Shown piece after piece: positions 25,453 through 37,549 of a stretch of DNA of 64,000 nt. Both the position numbers and the translations under genes were made by a program. The first letter of the stretch is position 1, and every line of letters starts with the position of its first letter. Source of the DNA: Kondoa subrosea (lineage: Eukaryota). The notes below the pieces were generated by a model. That model saw nothing but the letters and a program-made list of their open reading frames with translations, was not told the origin of the DNA and ran no database searches. Location: positions 248,001-312,000 of the forward strand of contig BCIN01000010.1 of assembly GCA_039545335.1 (NCBI GenBank), written 5' to 3'.

Positions 25453-28198
25453 CTAGAAAAGAAACATGACCCGTTGTGGCCGAACGAAAAAACCACGTCC
25501 GCTGGCAGTCTTGAAATACTGCATACCGTGGACAGTCCCGTCAGTGGGCTTCATGATTTGCTGATCGATGACCGTATCCTGAGTCTCTTCATCGTCTTCT
25601 AATTCTATGCCAACCCACTGGCCACCAGGCAACCCCTTCACAGTCCCAAGGTACCAGACCTGAGCTTTTGCCTTCTTATTGGAGGATGTGGTTACTATAG
25701 CGCCTATACTAACGTTCAAAGACGTTCCCTCATTTGTACCTGGCTGCTGAGCAATCGATTTGAGACTAGCCATAGATTTGATACTTGCGTTCGAAGGCTT
25801 GATGAAGGGTTTCTTGACGGAACCGGTCAGTGCTGTTGTGTCTTTGCCTTTTCCAGTCGGTAGAGGTGGTCGCGCTGCACTGAATTTGCGCGTCCTAGCT
25901 GCAGAAGCGGTGGCTGTTGACACTGTACTCTTGTTACTTGCTATCGATCGAATTGATGCAGACGAAGATGGCCGCGAAGGTGCTGAATGTTGCTTTGGCT
26001 TGGTAGCGGTAGCTCGAGGCTTGTCAGGAAGAGTAGCTGAGCTCAAAGAAGCGATACTGGTCGAGGAAGCGAGGCTTGCGCGAGATGTGGTGGAAGACTT
26101 GATGGATCGCGGTCTCGCTACGGATGGAGCCCGCGAAGTAGAAGCTGCTGGGTTCAAATTTGGCATACCTGAAAGCCGAGCGGCATTTGAAGTAACGGAA
26201 GGCGCAGTGTGTACCACACCACTACCTGAAGAAACAAATCTCCGCTGTTTTGGTATCGATGCAGCAGACGATAAAGGTCGAGTTGACATTGATGCGACCG
26301 AGCTAGATGAGGAAGCGGTACGCATTCGAAGAGTAGAAGTAATGAGTGGCTTCGAGGCGGAACCCGTTGATCCAGTAGAGGCTCTGGGTGTGGTTTTCGT
26401 TGATTTGGCTACATTCCGGTTGAGAGTCGTATCTATCATATTTAACGGCTCTTCCTTATCATGCAGAGACTTTCTAGGCGCTACGCGGAGACCAGTGCGG
26501 CTTGTTGGCGCCTCGGGCTTATCTTCTTTCTGTAACAGATCGGCGGGCTTGACTTCCAGCTCATCGGCCAGCTCTTTCAAACACCAGGGTTCGACATTTG
26601 CGAATCCGCCTTGGGACCGGGTGGAAAGCCAACGCTTTTTTAAATACTTCAGAATACTCTGTCGACATTCCTCAACGTAGACTCGAGCATCCATGGGCAG
26701 ACCATCTTCACGCAGTAAGACTATACACGCAGTAAATTACCTGTCGATGTTTGCAGGGCTGGCATGACTAACCGTTTCCAACGATTGCTTGGTACGATGA
26801 AGCAACAGTAGTCTCCTCAAGTCCCTCAACGATTGTCTCAAGAGCTTGTTCCAGCACGTCAGAAGAGAAAGTCCTTCCTTCTAGCAAAGCCACAAATGCC
26901 GTTGACAGCGTGATGGTCGCAGTTTCTTTTCCCATAAGTTTCGTTAATCTTTGTTCCACTGGCACCAACATCGCTTGTATATGATCGACCCAGACAGCTT
27001 GTGTTGAGGATAATCTATTCTTGCAAGTTTGTAACTCTCTGATTGTATCTATGGCGGTTTCTGGCTGTAACTGCGCACAAACGTCGGTGACGAGATTCTG
27101 TTGCGCAGCTTGATCCAATTGACCGATATCTTCCCACCAGGCAGATCCAAATTGATTTGCTATGACAGGTCGACAGGCTTGAGCCAATGAAGTAGAGCCA
27201 ACATCAGGTTGTAATGCGAAAGCGTAGACTCTTGCACATTTCAATGCATCAGGTTTGAGTGAGTTGAAAGAGATATCTTCAATGACAGCTTGTACTTCTC
27301 GTGTAAGGGTATCCATGCCAAGGTATGTTGCGCATCGCCAAATATTGAATGCTGTAGATAGATCGAAGGTCCGATTTGCGAACGCTAGAGTGCCAGTATA
27401 AACGTAGCCCAGGGTAAAGTGAAGAGCCGCGTTCGTGAATGGAGGGTATGATAAGATGAAGAGTCGGTTATCGCTGTCGGCATATGGAGAAAGTAAGAGA
27501 GACTTGAAATAGGGTATCCGGCTACAAAGCATAGCTCGGTGAACGGTAAAGACTGATTCAGAGTCTACACTTGGTTCTTCGCCCTCTTTGACTATTTGTA
27601 TTTGAGCATCGGCATATAATTTAGCTCTCCACATAAACAAGAGGTCTTCTTGTAATCTTTCTTCAGGCGTATCCGCTTCCGACTCCGCTTGACGAGCTGG
27701 CGCGAAGAAGAAATCGTAAGCGTCGGACATTTGCCTTGAAGTATAGAGATATTCTAGAACAGTATCCAACAACGCCTTGTCTGCAGCATCCAAGGCAAGA
27801 GGACGTCGGATTGTACTAGCTGTGGAGAGTATGCTAGTCTGTCCTGGTGAGATTGAGCGCGATAGATACGAATAGCTGTCTGGAGGAAGCGCGAGGCTCG
27901 AGCTAGAAACTGAAGCTGACAACGGCACTTGCTGTTGATAACCTTGCAAGTATTTTGACAAGAAGCCTGCCGTACTTCGAGCATACAGAATAGCTGGACT
28001 TGCTGCTCAGCCAAGTGCTTGACTCGCAATTTCTCGCTTACACTTGTGACCCCATAGAACTTCAGACGAATCTACTTCAGACCAGCACACATCTCCAAAG
28101 CGATTGGCAGCATCTCTTCTTAATCCATTCAAATCAGCCAACCAAGCAGCTCTGCTCGCTTCCCTAGCATTTGCCAAAGCTTGCGACGTGCGCGTCAT
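25453..28198 (-). CDS. BTB/POZ-domain protein with Ser/Arg-rich linker and C-terminal CAP-Gly domain
   Basis: FGDVCW...LWGHK (first BTB-like), LYADAQI...FTVHRAMLCSRIPYFKSLL...LHFTLGYVYTG (BTB), and C-terminal VWYLGTVKGLPGGQWVGIEL...TDGTVHGMQYF...GFFVRP (CAP-Gly). Confidence 0.8.
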
Positions 28199-28508
28199 AT
28201 CTGTGGAATCAGGATTCAGCAGCACTCGCCAGTAGCTACTATGTGTATATCCAGCATAGGGTATCACGTCGCGGTCTTTGCGGGACAAACAAAGGAATTA
28301 TCTCATTGAGGTATCACTTGCAAAATCTGTCACTTTACGACTTTCGCTCGCCTGATAGACATATCGTGTAATTCGACATTGGAAAGTTCATACAAGTCTC
28401 ATCAATGCAAATTTAGGTGAAAAGCTAGAAAACGAAAGTCGCTCTCCAGCTGCACAGTCTACTGTCTGTTTCTCGCTCGTCGCTCGCCATCTCTTGGCAG
28501 TCGCCAAT

Positions 28509-29727
28509 TTAATCGATGTAGCATGAAGGAGCGTTGCTAGCTTTTGTCTGGCGAGAAATATGAGCTGACTGTCATGATTGTTACAGATTCTTTGCGACAT
28601 ACGTTCATGATCAAGGCGACAATCAAGCCGTATAGACCCAAACTGCAAACAAGATCAGCTGTAATTCGACACCTTGCATATCAAACTGACACTTCAGCAA
28701 AAACTGTTTCAAAAATTGTGAGTATTGATCAAGATAAGCAGACATCAGACAAACTGAGGATCAAGATCATTCCGACGAATAGCCTAGGTTGTTGAGCTAC
28801 AAGCAGGAAAGTGAGTGAACTTCACAAAGTCTGGCGAAATCAGGAAGACTGACCTGTTCCGCGAACACCAGCATTGCCTACAATACCAATAGCGAATCCA
28901 GCTGCCAAACCAGCAAGACCAACAGATAGACCAGCGCCAAGCTGAATGAAACCAGTGTAAAGAGGCATGGGAGATTCCACTGTGTAAGATCGTAAGTCAG
29001 AGAATGAAAGAGCTAAAGATAATGACACGAACGACCACCGCTGATGAGCACGCTGACGACCAGACCGTCTGGAGAAAAATGTCAATCATTAGCTTCCGGA
29101 AATTCAGGAAACCCTCACAAATCTAGGACACAGCGGATCAGTCGCAGTAAAGAGTTGCGAGACCGGCAGTACTCACAGCAATGATACCAGCCATGACAAC
29201 TTATATCGCCAAATCTTAGAGGAGGTTCTGCTACATTTGACGGGACTAACCTGGAATGATGCACTTCATCATCTATCGATGCCATAGCATCAGTAGGTGA
29301 AATTGATGTGCTAGTACCAAGCAGATATGACTTACCAAATCTGGCCTCAAGACACCCATTGCTGAAATCCCAACCTGAATTTCAAAGCTCCTTTAGCGAA
29401 TCGCAAATGAAATCCTTCTAGTTTAGCCTACACCAGATTTGGAGGTTCCATAACTATACAGCTGCTGTCAGGACTTGAGAGATCACTATATGACGGAACA
29501 CGGACCTAGCACCAATGCCTGAACATCAAAGCGGCAAAGTTCAGTCATACCCTTATGACAGCTGGCATTATGCGACTCACAGGTGAAGATGATAGCGGAT
29601 GCGCAACCCATAGCACCAAAGAAAGGAGCACTAAGGGTTGCAATTGCTTTGAGCGTCAATCCTCGGATCGAAATAAACCCTGCGGATCTCACCTTGGAGG
29701 GCAGAGATCTGAAATTTGCTGAGACAT
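28509..29727 (-). CDS. VMA3: V-ATPase V0 proteolipid subunit c
   Basis: 14 exons give [20 protein letters not shown]...[42 protein letters not shown]...[28 protein letters not shown], with the essential Glu present. Confidence 0.96.
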
Positions 29728-30023
29728 GTCTGGTCTAGGGTGCTAGTAAGGAATTGACAAGGAGTGGCTACTCGGTGTTCAAAAGCAAAAGAGGTCGTAC
29801 TTCTCTTTGGCCTTATTATCGCGCAGCCACTCGTGTACGGTCTATCGAGTGAGTGATTTGCGATTTATTCTAGTACAGCACTCATCTTTCTGCCTTACGT
29901 GAGTTTCCTTGGACAATCTTACTACATCCGACTCGACGCTTGTCCTTTCAACTACTTCTAGCTTCTTTCTCACCTTATTTCTTTTCTCTCTGTACTCTCT
30001 CCCCAATCTCCGAGCTCTCCTCG

Positions 30024-30892
30024 ATGGATATCCATCTTCCCACTGTGTCTCGCAAAGTGATTGCGAATGGTGATGTTGGATCATCTACTTCAAGCGAGCC
30101 CTTGAGTGCTAGGGAGCGTGCTCTAAAGCTGCACCAGGTGCGTTCAGATCAAATCAACAGATTCCTTGTTGACAAATTTTGCTGGTAGGATAAACGGGCA
30201 GTAGAGGATGAGATAGCGACTTATATTGATATTCTCAAAGGGGTGAGTTCTGTCTCATCGTGATTCTGCTTGGTCTCACATGTATCCATCGCTAGCAAAA
30301 TGCAGACTTCACGACAGAACTCATTGATCGTCAAGTACGTCGCATCGACATCAAAGGTTTCACATTTTTACAAACTGTAACAGGGCTTCCCTCGTGCCGA
30401 CATCGACGTCGCCGTTGTTAGATCAGCTCGACACAAGATCATTATGTTGCGAAACGATCTTGCAGCTATCACTAATCAATTGGCCAAAGCTCTAGAAGAT
30501 GTGCACTCCGATCCTACGTCCTTCTCAGGTTCTGTCGCTTCCGCATCATCTTCGTCCGATGCAGAAATACCTCAGCCATTTGCTAGAGTCAATACTGTCG
30601 CTTCTGATTCACCTGCTGCTCAAGCTGTAAGCAAAGATCTATTGCCCTTTTAGACGGAAGCTTACAATTTTGACAGGGCCTGTTGGCAGGCGACGAGTTT
30701 TTAAAATTTGGGCATCTGGATTACTCGAATCACAATCATTTGCGAGCTTTACCTGCCTTTTTGGCTTCGAAAGAAAATCAGGAAATCACTTTATTGGTTT
30801 TGAGAAATGGGACACAACAGCAATTGACTCTTGTTCCGAGTACGTGGAATGGTCGTGGACTTCTTGGCTGTCATGTCCTGGAAAAAGTTTGA
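30024..30892 (+). CDS. NAS2: 26S proteasome base assembly chaperone Nas2/PSMD9 (PDZ)
   Basis: LIDRQGFPRADIDVAVVRSARHKIIMLRND, PFARVNTVASDSPAAQAGL and LVPSTWNGRGLLGCH. Confidence 0.93.
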
Positions 30893-31268
30893 GTCGGTTT
30901 GCCATGAAGATAACTCAACTGTCATATGGCTATTCATCCATTGAAAAACCAAGCAAGCTCTGCTCTTGCATCCGATATTGCCTGCACATGCCAAGATGAT
31001 TCAGGACCGAATCACAAGGTGCATAAAAGCTCGACATTGCCTACACTGCAGACAGCTTCTTTAATTTGGTCCGATAGCGGAAGGGTGTTTGACGGCGGCA
31101 AGCCTGGTCTACTATGGAGGGCAGAACTTGGAGTTATAGACAATCACTAGTGACCCTAGCATGATCTCATATATTTCTCATATGAATCTTATGAAATAAC
31201 ATTCTGCTACTTGCATATTAGATGTTGATGTTTTCAAACGACCATTGCTACGGTTTACACACCTGTGT

Positions 31269-32735
31269 ATGCATCTCAAACGCACAAGTAGCACCAGCAA
31301 GCTACAAGCGGAAGATCTTACCCTTCTGTGGGCTTATTTGCTATCTCAAGCCTCAATTCCTTCGTGTACATGTTTGGATGTTACTCACAAACTCGAATCT
31401 ACTCAGGTCTCCCCTTCGGAGAGCCTTTTCTATCTCTATCAACTTCCTTGTCGCAGAGCGCGAGTCTGTGGTACAGTAGTGGGAGCAACTGTAGGAGAAG
31501 GGAGGATTGTCTATCTTTTGGACGACGGTACTGATATTCTGGAATGCATATGTTGGAGCAAGAGCATTCCACAAGGACCGGACAAGCAAGGCTGGACGGA
31601 GAAAACGATCATGAGAGTTGGGCAAGTTCTTGAGATAATGGGCCGGATTGAATGCTTCAGGCAGGAAAGACAACTTATCGTAGAGACTCTAGGTAAGTTC
31701 TACGTATAATGTGTCAGTGTATATCGATGCTGAATTTACTTAGCATTAAATATGAACGCAAATGCCGAAGCAGAACATATGCTAGGATGTCAACGGCTAA
31801 TGCGCACCAAGTACAAGCGACCGTTCAGCATATATGCTGCCATGGCGGAATCGCAGGCACGATCAGTCAGCGCCAGCATAAACCTCTCTTTCTCTTCGCA
31901 AGCAACACCGCCAGAATACTCGTTCACATCAAGTCCAAGTCGAACTTCGCATTTTCAGCATGCGATAGACGCGTCTTCCATTACCCTTACGAGCGAAACA
32001 TCCTACTTCCCACCATCTCAAGAGCTTACAATACATTCGAAATATTGCGTTGATACATCGCCCAAATTAATCGCACCATCTAAACTGCCCGATTCAGCCT
32101 TAACCAATCTCAATTTCACACTCTACCTTTCTGCTTACTTTCATCGACATCCTAAAGATGTTTGCACAAGTGAAACAATTTTGTCTAATTCTGCTCTCAA
32201 GTTGTTGGCAAAACGAACCATTCGAGCGAATAGCAAGGAACAAATATCTGCCTTCTTTACATCTCGCAAGGGTACTATTCCACCGACGAGCGGGAAAGGC
32301 ATGTCGCCGGAGAAAAGGGCATCTGAGGAAGAGAAATGTCTGAAACTAGTTCGAATTTCTTTGCGCAATTTGCTGAGAGACGGAATTATCGTGGAAGCTT
32401 CAACTTCATCACACTATTGTTGCTCTAATACCTTCCGTCAATCACCTTCTAAAACACCGACCAGAACTCAAACGCAATTGAAGATTAGACCTGCTGGTTA
32501 CCTCCTCTGTTCACCGCAAACACTGAAAGAAGCACTGATTACCGCTCTGACATCACTTTCCAGAGATGTGAGCTCCTTTACCGTAACCCAGTACTTGCAA
32601 GAACTTGAAGACGGCCGCTGGCGATATGTCCGACAGCCAGCCGTCAAGAAAGCCTTGGATTATCATGGCACAGATACCTCAAGCCCGATAGTAGCTGCAG
32701 GTACAGGTGACAGTTGGCGTCTTCTGGTGCATTAA
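31269..32735 (+). CDS. STN1: CST complex subunit Stn1-like OB-fold protein
   Basis: FYLYQLPCRRARVCGTVVG...YLLDDGTDILECICW...VGQVLEIMGRIECFRQERQLIVE, then NANAEAEH, matching the Stn1/RPA2 OB fold. The start codon is approximate. Confidence 0.75.
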
Positions 32736-32758
32736 AGGACAGAGTAAAAATGTAACAT

Positions 32759-35700
32759 TTATTGTACAAGCTTTTCTGCGACCAGCGCAAGTATGTCTTT
32801 AGTGTCTAGACTGGCATTTGCTACATCCTTCATTGTTGCCTGCCAAACAGAGCCGTGATGCGGTTCGGCAACCGCACATCGCACAGCCACAGCTTCTTGT
32901 TGCTCCTACTCGACATGAATCAAACAATAGGACAGGACGTGATATAGACACTTACAGAAGTTCCATGCTGTTTCTCGAATTTGTACCACCATGCCCACGA
33001 GTCACCTGTACATGCAAGTCAATACCACTAGAGAAGATCCAACCCAAGAAGTGCCGACCTAGATCTTTGTCTACTACTACAGCTTTCTCGAACCAAGTAC
33101 GTGCCTTCGCTAGGTTGCGCTCGCTCCAGAACATGCGAGCTACGACAACGATGACACGAGGGTCGTTGTTTGCCTTCTTCAGGGCGTCAACAGATTTAGT
33201 CTTTCTAGCGACACGACCTTCCATCCACACAGCTTCGGCCCAAAGCAGTCCTGACGCTGGACATTCTTGCAAAGCTGTGTACCGTATCAGCTTTGCGTGC
33301 GGAAAGTGGTGTGGTCTGTACCTCTGGCCATATTAACTTTGGCTTGAGAAGCATTGCCCAGTCGCTCTTCGATCTTGACGCTTTCAAGCCACAACTCTTC
33401 ATTACGTGGATTGAATTGTCTGGCTCTCTCTATAAGAGCTCTGGACTTGATTGCCAAACCAGCCTTCTCCTCCAATCTAGACGATAATATCCAAAGCGGT
33501 ATCGAATCCGGACACTTCTTGCAGCCGGCAGAGTAGGCCTCGCGGGCTTTCGCTACATCGCCCTGGCTGTCCAGTATTTGGCCTTTCATCATGTAGAATT
33601 TGTCTGCTGTAGGGAATAATTGCAGCCCTTCGTTGATAGTCGCGAGCGCTGTTTGTGGATCACCATGTAGCCTTTCGAACACAGCTGACTTGATCCAAAT
33701 CTGCAACATTCCGTTAGCTAAAAGATCCGCGCGCCTGGGCATCTTACTGACTCGGTCTGTCTGCGCGATTTGCCTAGCTTTTGTGAGTAGCTTACGAGCC
33801 GCATCCAGCTCGCCATTCTCTGCTTCAAGCTTGCTGGCCGCTAACCAGATTTGTTCACTTTCTGGATTTGCTTTGAACGCTTCAGCTAAAATTGAACGGG
33901 AAGTTGGCACATCGCCTCCTAGCCAAGCTTCCTTTGCCGCCATCAGCCAGAGAATCTCGGCTTTGGGAACATTCAGGACGGCTTGATTCAGCACTTCCAA
34001 TAATGATTCCCTTGGTAATGGAACACCTTCGTTAGCCGAAAAGCGATCGCAATCAGCAAGCTAAGTACTAACCTGGTACCATGACCCTTCTCCAAATCCG
34101 CAGCTTTGCGCCAAAGACTTTGACGATCAGGATATACCTTTAAGGCGTAGGCGTAGATAGCTCTCGCGACCTGGATTTTGCCTCTAGCCAATGCTGATTG
34201 TGCATCATCGACCCAAGTGTCCAAGCGATCCTCTTCGAGAACATTACGTCCGACAGTGGCCTTGATAATAGCTTGTGCTGTCGACACACTGCCCAGTTGC
34301 TCACAACGTTCGGCTTCTTTCAACCAATCATCCCTAGGCAGTTCAACACCTTTTCGCTTCAGTGCAGCAACACCATTTGCCATGATCGCTTCCACTTGCT
34401 CGTCTTTGCCCTCTTGCTCTAGAAGCCGTGCAGCGGCGATCCAAATTTCATGCGATGTCGGAATTGTTTTTCGTGCTTTATTGAGAACAGCAGTGGCTTT
34501 GTCAGGTGTTTCAACTCGAGCCAGAGCAAGCCAGAGTTCCACCGATAGCGGAACAACTTCAACTGCTCTCGCCAAAAGGACTCGAGCATCCACAGGATTG
34601 TCTTCCAAGTTTACTGTTTTTCTCCACAGCTTGACAGAATTTGGGATGTACTCTAAGGCTGCGGATAGACCTTCAGCATTGCTGCAATACGCCAATAACT
34701 ATGCAGCACACCTTTCCGGAGCACTCGTTTCTTTGCACTAACATCTTGCTCCAGATCCGCTGCGTCGAGCCATATATTGACACTGGTAGGAATTTGCGTA
34801 ATTGCGTTCGCCAGAACAATCTTGGCTTGATCCGGTGGCTGTAACAATGTCACCATTTAATACAGAAATTCTGCGGAGAATACACAAGCTCACATTCAAA
34901 CGAGCAGCTTCTCGCCATACTTCTTCACTCTTGGGACAATTCTCGCACCCTTCTTGGATGATCTTTCTGGCAGCCAACATCTTGCCTGCAACTTCTTCCA
35001 GACGAGCTGCAGCGATCCAACCAGGAGCATGCTTCCGATTGCTCTTGGTTAGGGATTGAAGTAAGGTTCGGCCACGTTTGGTATCACCAATTTCAGCTTC
35101 AGTCTTGTGAATCACGCTGTCTAAGTCTGTCAGGTAACCTTTTGGATCGATTGTAGTTGCGCCAGAGACTGAGTCTGTGATCTGAGCACCACGCATGTCC
35201 TATTAGCTTCGTACGCACAACGGAATGTTAATTTACCTTGTCCAAGCTCAAAGACAGTACTTTGCCTTGGGCTTCACCTATTGCTCGGAAATCGGTCATC
35301 CCTCCATCTGCTGGTGTTTCGTATCCGCCAGACTGCGAAAATTTAAGTCATAGAGCATGCGATGTGACGGCAGTACTGACCATCTGCTGCTCATCTAAAC
35401 TTGCTGCGACGCTGTTCTTGTCTCTTCCGGAAACAAGTACGCTGTCAGGTACGACGTAGGACTTGTAATCATCTTTTGCTGTCGCTTTCCTCCGCTTGCC
35501 AGTGAGGTTGCCTACTTCTGGTAAACTAGCAGAAAAACAAAAGCCGACTGAGTAAGTAAGCTGACCTGATATATAATGATACAGAAGACACACTTCTCCC
35601 ACTGATCATCTGTAATGGCACTGAGACCTCGCTTCAGATCAGAAAAGCGATCTTGAATTCGAGGATTATTCTTGAGATATTCCTCGGCTTCCTGCTTTTC

Positions 35701-36131
35701 TCTCTTCTCGCGACGGACTTTAGATCTCTGTTCCATCTTTTGTTGGACCATTTCGTACACCATATCTGCTTCTTCATCGTCTTTATCGTATGCCATGCCT
35801 GCAAACAGCCCGCTCTCATTCTCCGGGTCTTGGAATTGCTGATTATCATCTCCTCCTTCTCCACCTTCAGCACCAGGCTCTTTGCCAACTCCAGCTTCGG
35901 TAGATGTAACTTCTCGAGCAGGACCAATATCAGATCGAGTAGTGAATCCTGTATAGAGTGTATCGAAGATTATACAGTGGGAAAGAGCATATGACTAACC
36001 AGCTGCTCCACGACCCAGACCAGCCACGTAGGACGGCGGAGCCTGCATTTCTGATTATTCGGCATCAGACTTGTGTGCATTCAGAGAGCTAGACAAGGGG
36101 ACTTGCTTAAAAATGCGTACTTATCCGCCAT
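32759..36131 (-). CDS. PRP6: U5 snRNP / tri-snRNP splicing factor Prp6 (HAT repeats)
   Basis: [63 protein letters not shown] and many HAT/TPR repeats. Confidence 0.97.
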
Positions 36132-36232
36132 TCTTGCTCCTTCTTCAGTGTAGTCTGGAGCTGCAGGAAGCTTGTGATCGCTCGCTGTTACCAGTCAACG
36201 AAAGTAACCTTTTTCTTAAACAGTGACAAGCA

Positions 36233-37028
36233 ATGGCAGAATCTTATGCGACGCCATACCCAGTGATAGGTTTGCTTAGCAGTTTGCTGTCACATCAAAG
36301 CATATATTGATAGTTGTATTGATTTCTAGATTCCGACCCATATGCTTCTCGGTGCGAGCTGTCCTCGGCAGACCTTGGGACCTACTCAAGATAGTTTGTA
36401 GGGTCATTCGCTACTTTCGACCATCAGACTACATGTATTGGGCAGCAGGCACTGCAGCATTTCCGCTTTTGTTGTCAGGTTATGGTGCGACTCATTTGTC
36501 TACCGTTCAAGAGTATTGGACTCATCAAGAATGATATCCATAGAAATGGCAGATCCTTCTGGTGCACGGCGACTACCTAGAGGCATGACGCCTGCCTTGA
36601 GATTAGCAACCACTTTGGGTTTTATGGGCGGCTTCTTGCTGGCTTACCAGAGATCGTCGATGCGCTTCTGGGGATGGCATGAGAATGTACGTCACGTTCC
36701 ACGTATGGCTTCACCGACTCGTTATGCATGTTTCTGAACCACTAGGAAATTGAGAAGAAGAGAGATATGGAAGAATTGTCCGCACTGGCGAAAGCTGGCA
36801 AACCCTTGTATGGCGAGACCGATATGCCTGAATATATGCAGGGTGTAGCACACAGAAATTCTGTCTGGTCTCAACTCAAGTTCGGCACAATGCCATGGTT
36901 AGTCTCAACTAGTCAAGATGTCCCGTTTGAGTGGTTGCTGAATTTCACCTGTCTCTAGGTTCAATCTGGTTAATCACAAGCATCATGGAGTTGACGTTAA
37001 AAAATACCAGAGAGAGACTGACGAGTAG
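36233..37028 (+). CDS. NUXM: Mitochondrial complex I 20.9/21 kDa accessory subunit (NUXM)
   Basis: TPYPVIDSDPYASRVIRYFRPSDY, GGFLLAYQRSSMRFWGWHEN, GKPLYGET and PWFNLVNHKHHGVD. Confidence 0.92.
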
Positions 37029-37549
37029 GGGGTTACTGTAGTCGCACCTGATTGTAAATTTCGCGCGGGAAATGACCCAAGTCTGTCCCGGCCGAAAACT
37101 TTGAAAGAAAAGAAAGATAAGCGATAAGGGAGATTTCAATGTAACCAAAACGTCGTCAAACCCTGCTCAAAAAACTTTGTTTCTGCGGCATCTAATAGCT
37201 CTTAATCCGTATAAAACTGAGTGGGAGTATCAAAATGCCACGATCTGGATTGACCGCAAAAGACTCTGTTTTTCCAAGCTACTTGGGCTGCACGTCTTCG
37301 AGAAACTTTCCTGCCTTCAATTTTTGTCCAGAGGACTCCAAATCTTCAGAATCAGCTCTTCAGATGATCTTCTTTGCTTCAGTGCCATTTTTTGCTGCGC
37401 AAATGCTCTACTTCCTATGATTCACTTTGTGGGGGAAATGACTTCATCTGGTTGCAATAGCCTCTGAACGGCAAAGATTGCTCGAAGATAGGTCTCGAAT
37501 GCAGTCGCACTGGATCTGATACAATATGAACATTGCTAAACACTTTAAA

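Noticed and set aside
25760..26680. 306-aa plus-strand ORF
   Set aside because: Antisense shadow of the Ser/Thr/Arg-rich exon of the BTB/CAP-Gly gene, with no recognisable motifs.
34178..34741. 187-aa plus-strand ORF and other ORFs overlapping PRP6, BRO1, COG5 and CDH1
   Set aside because: Antisense or alternative-frame shadows of well-supported genes.
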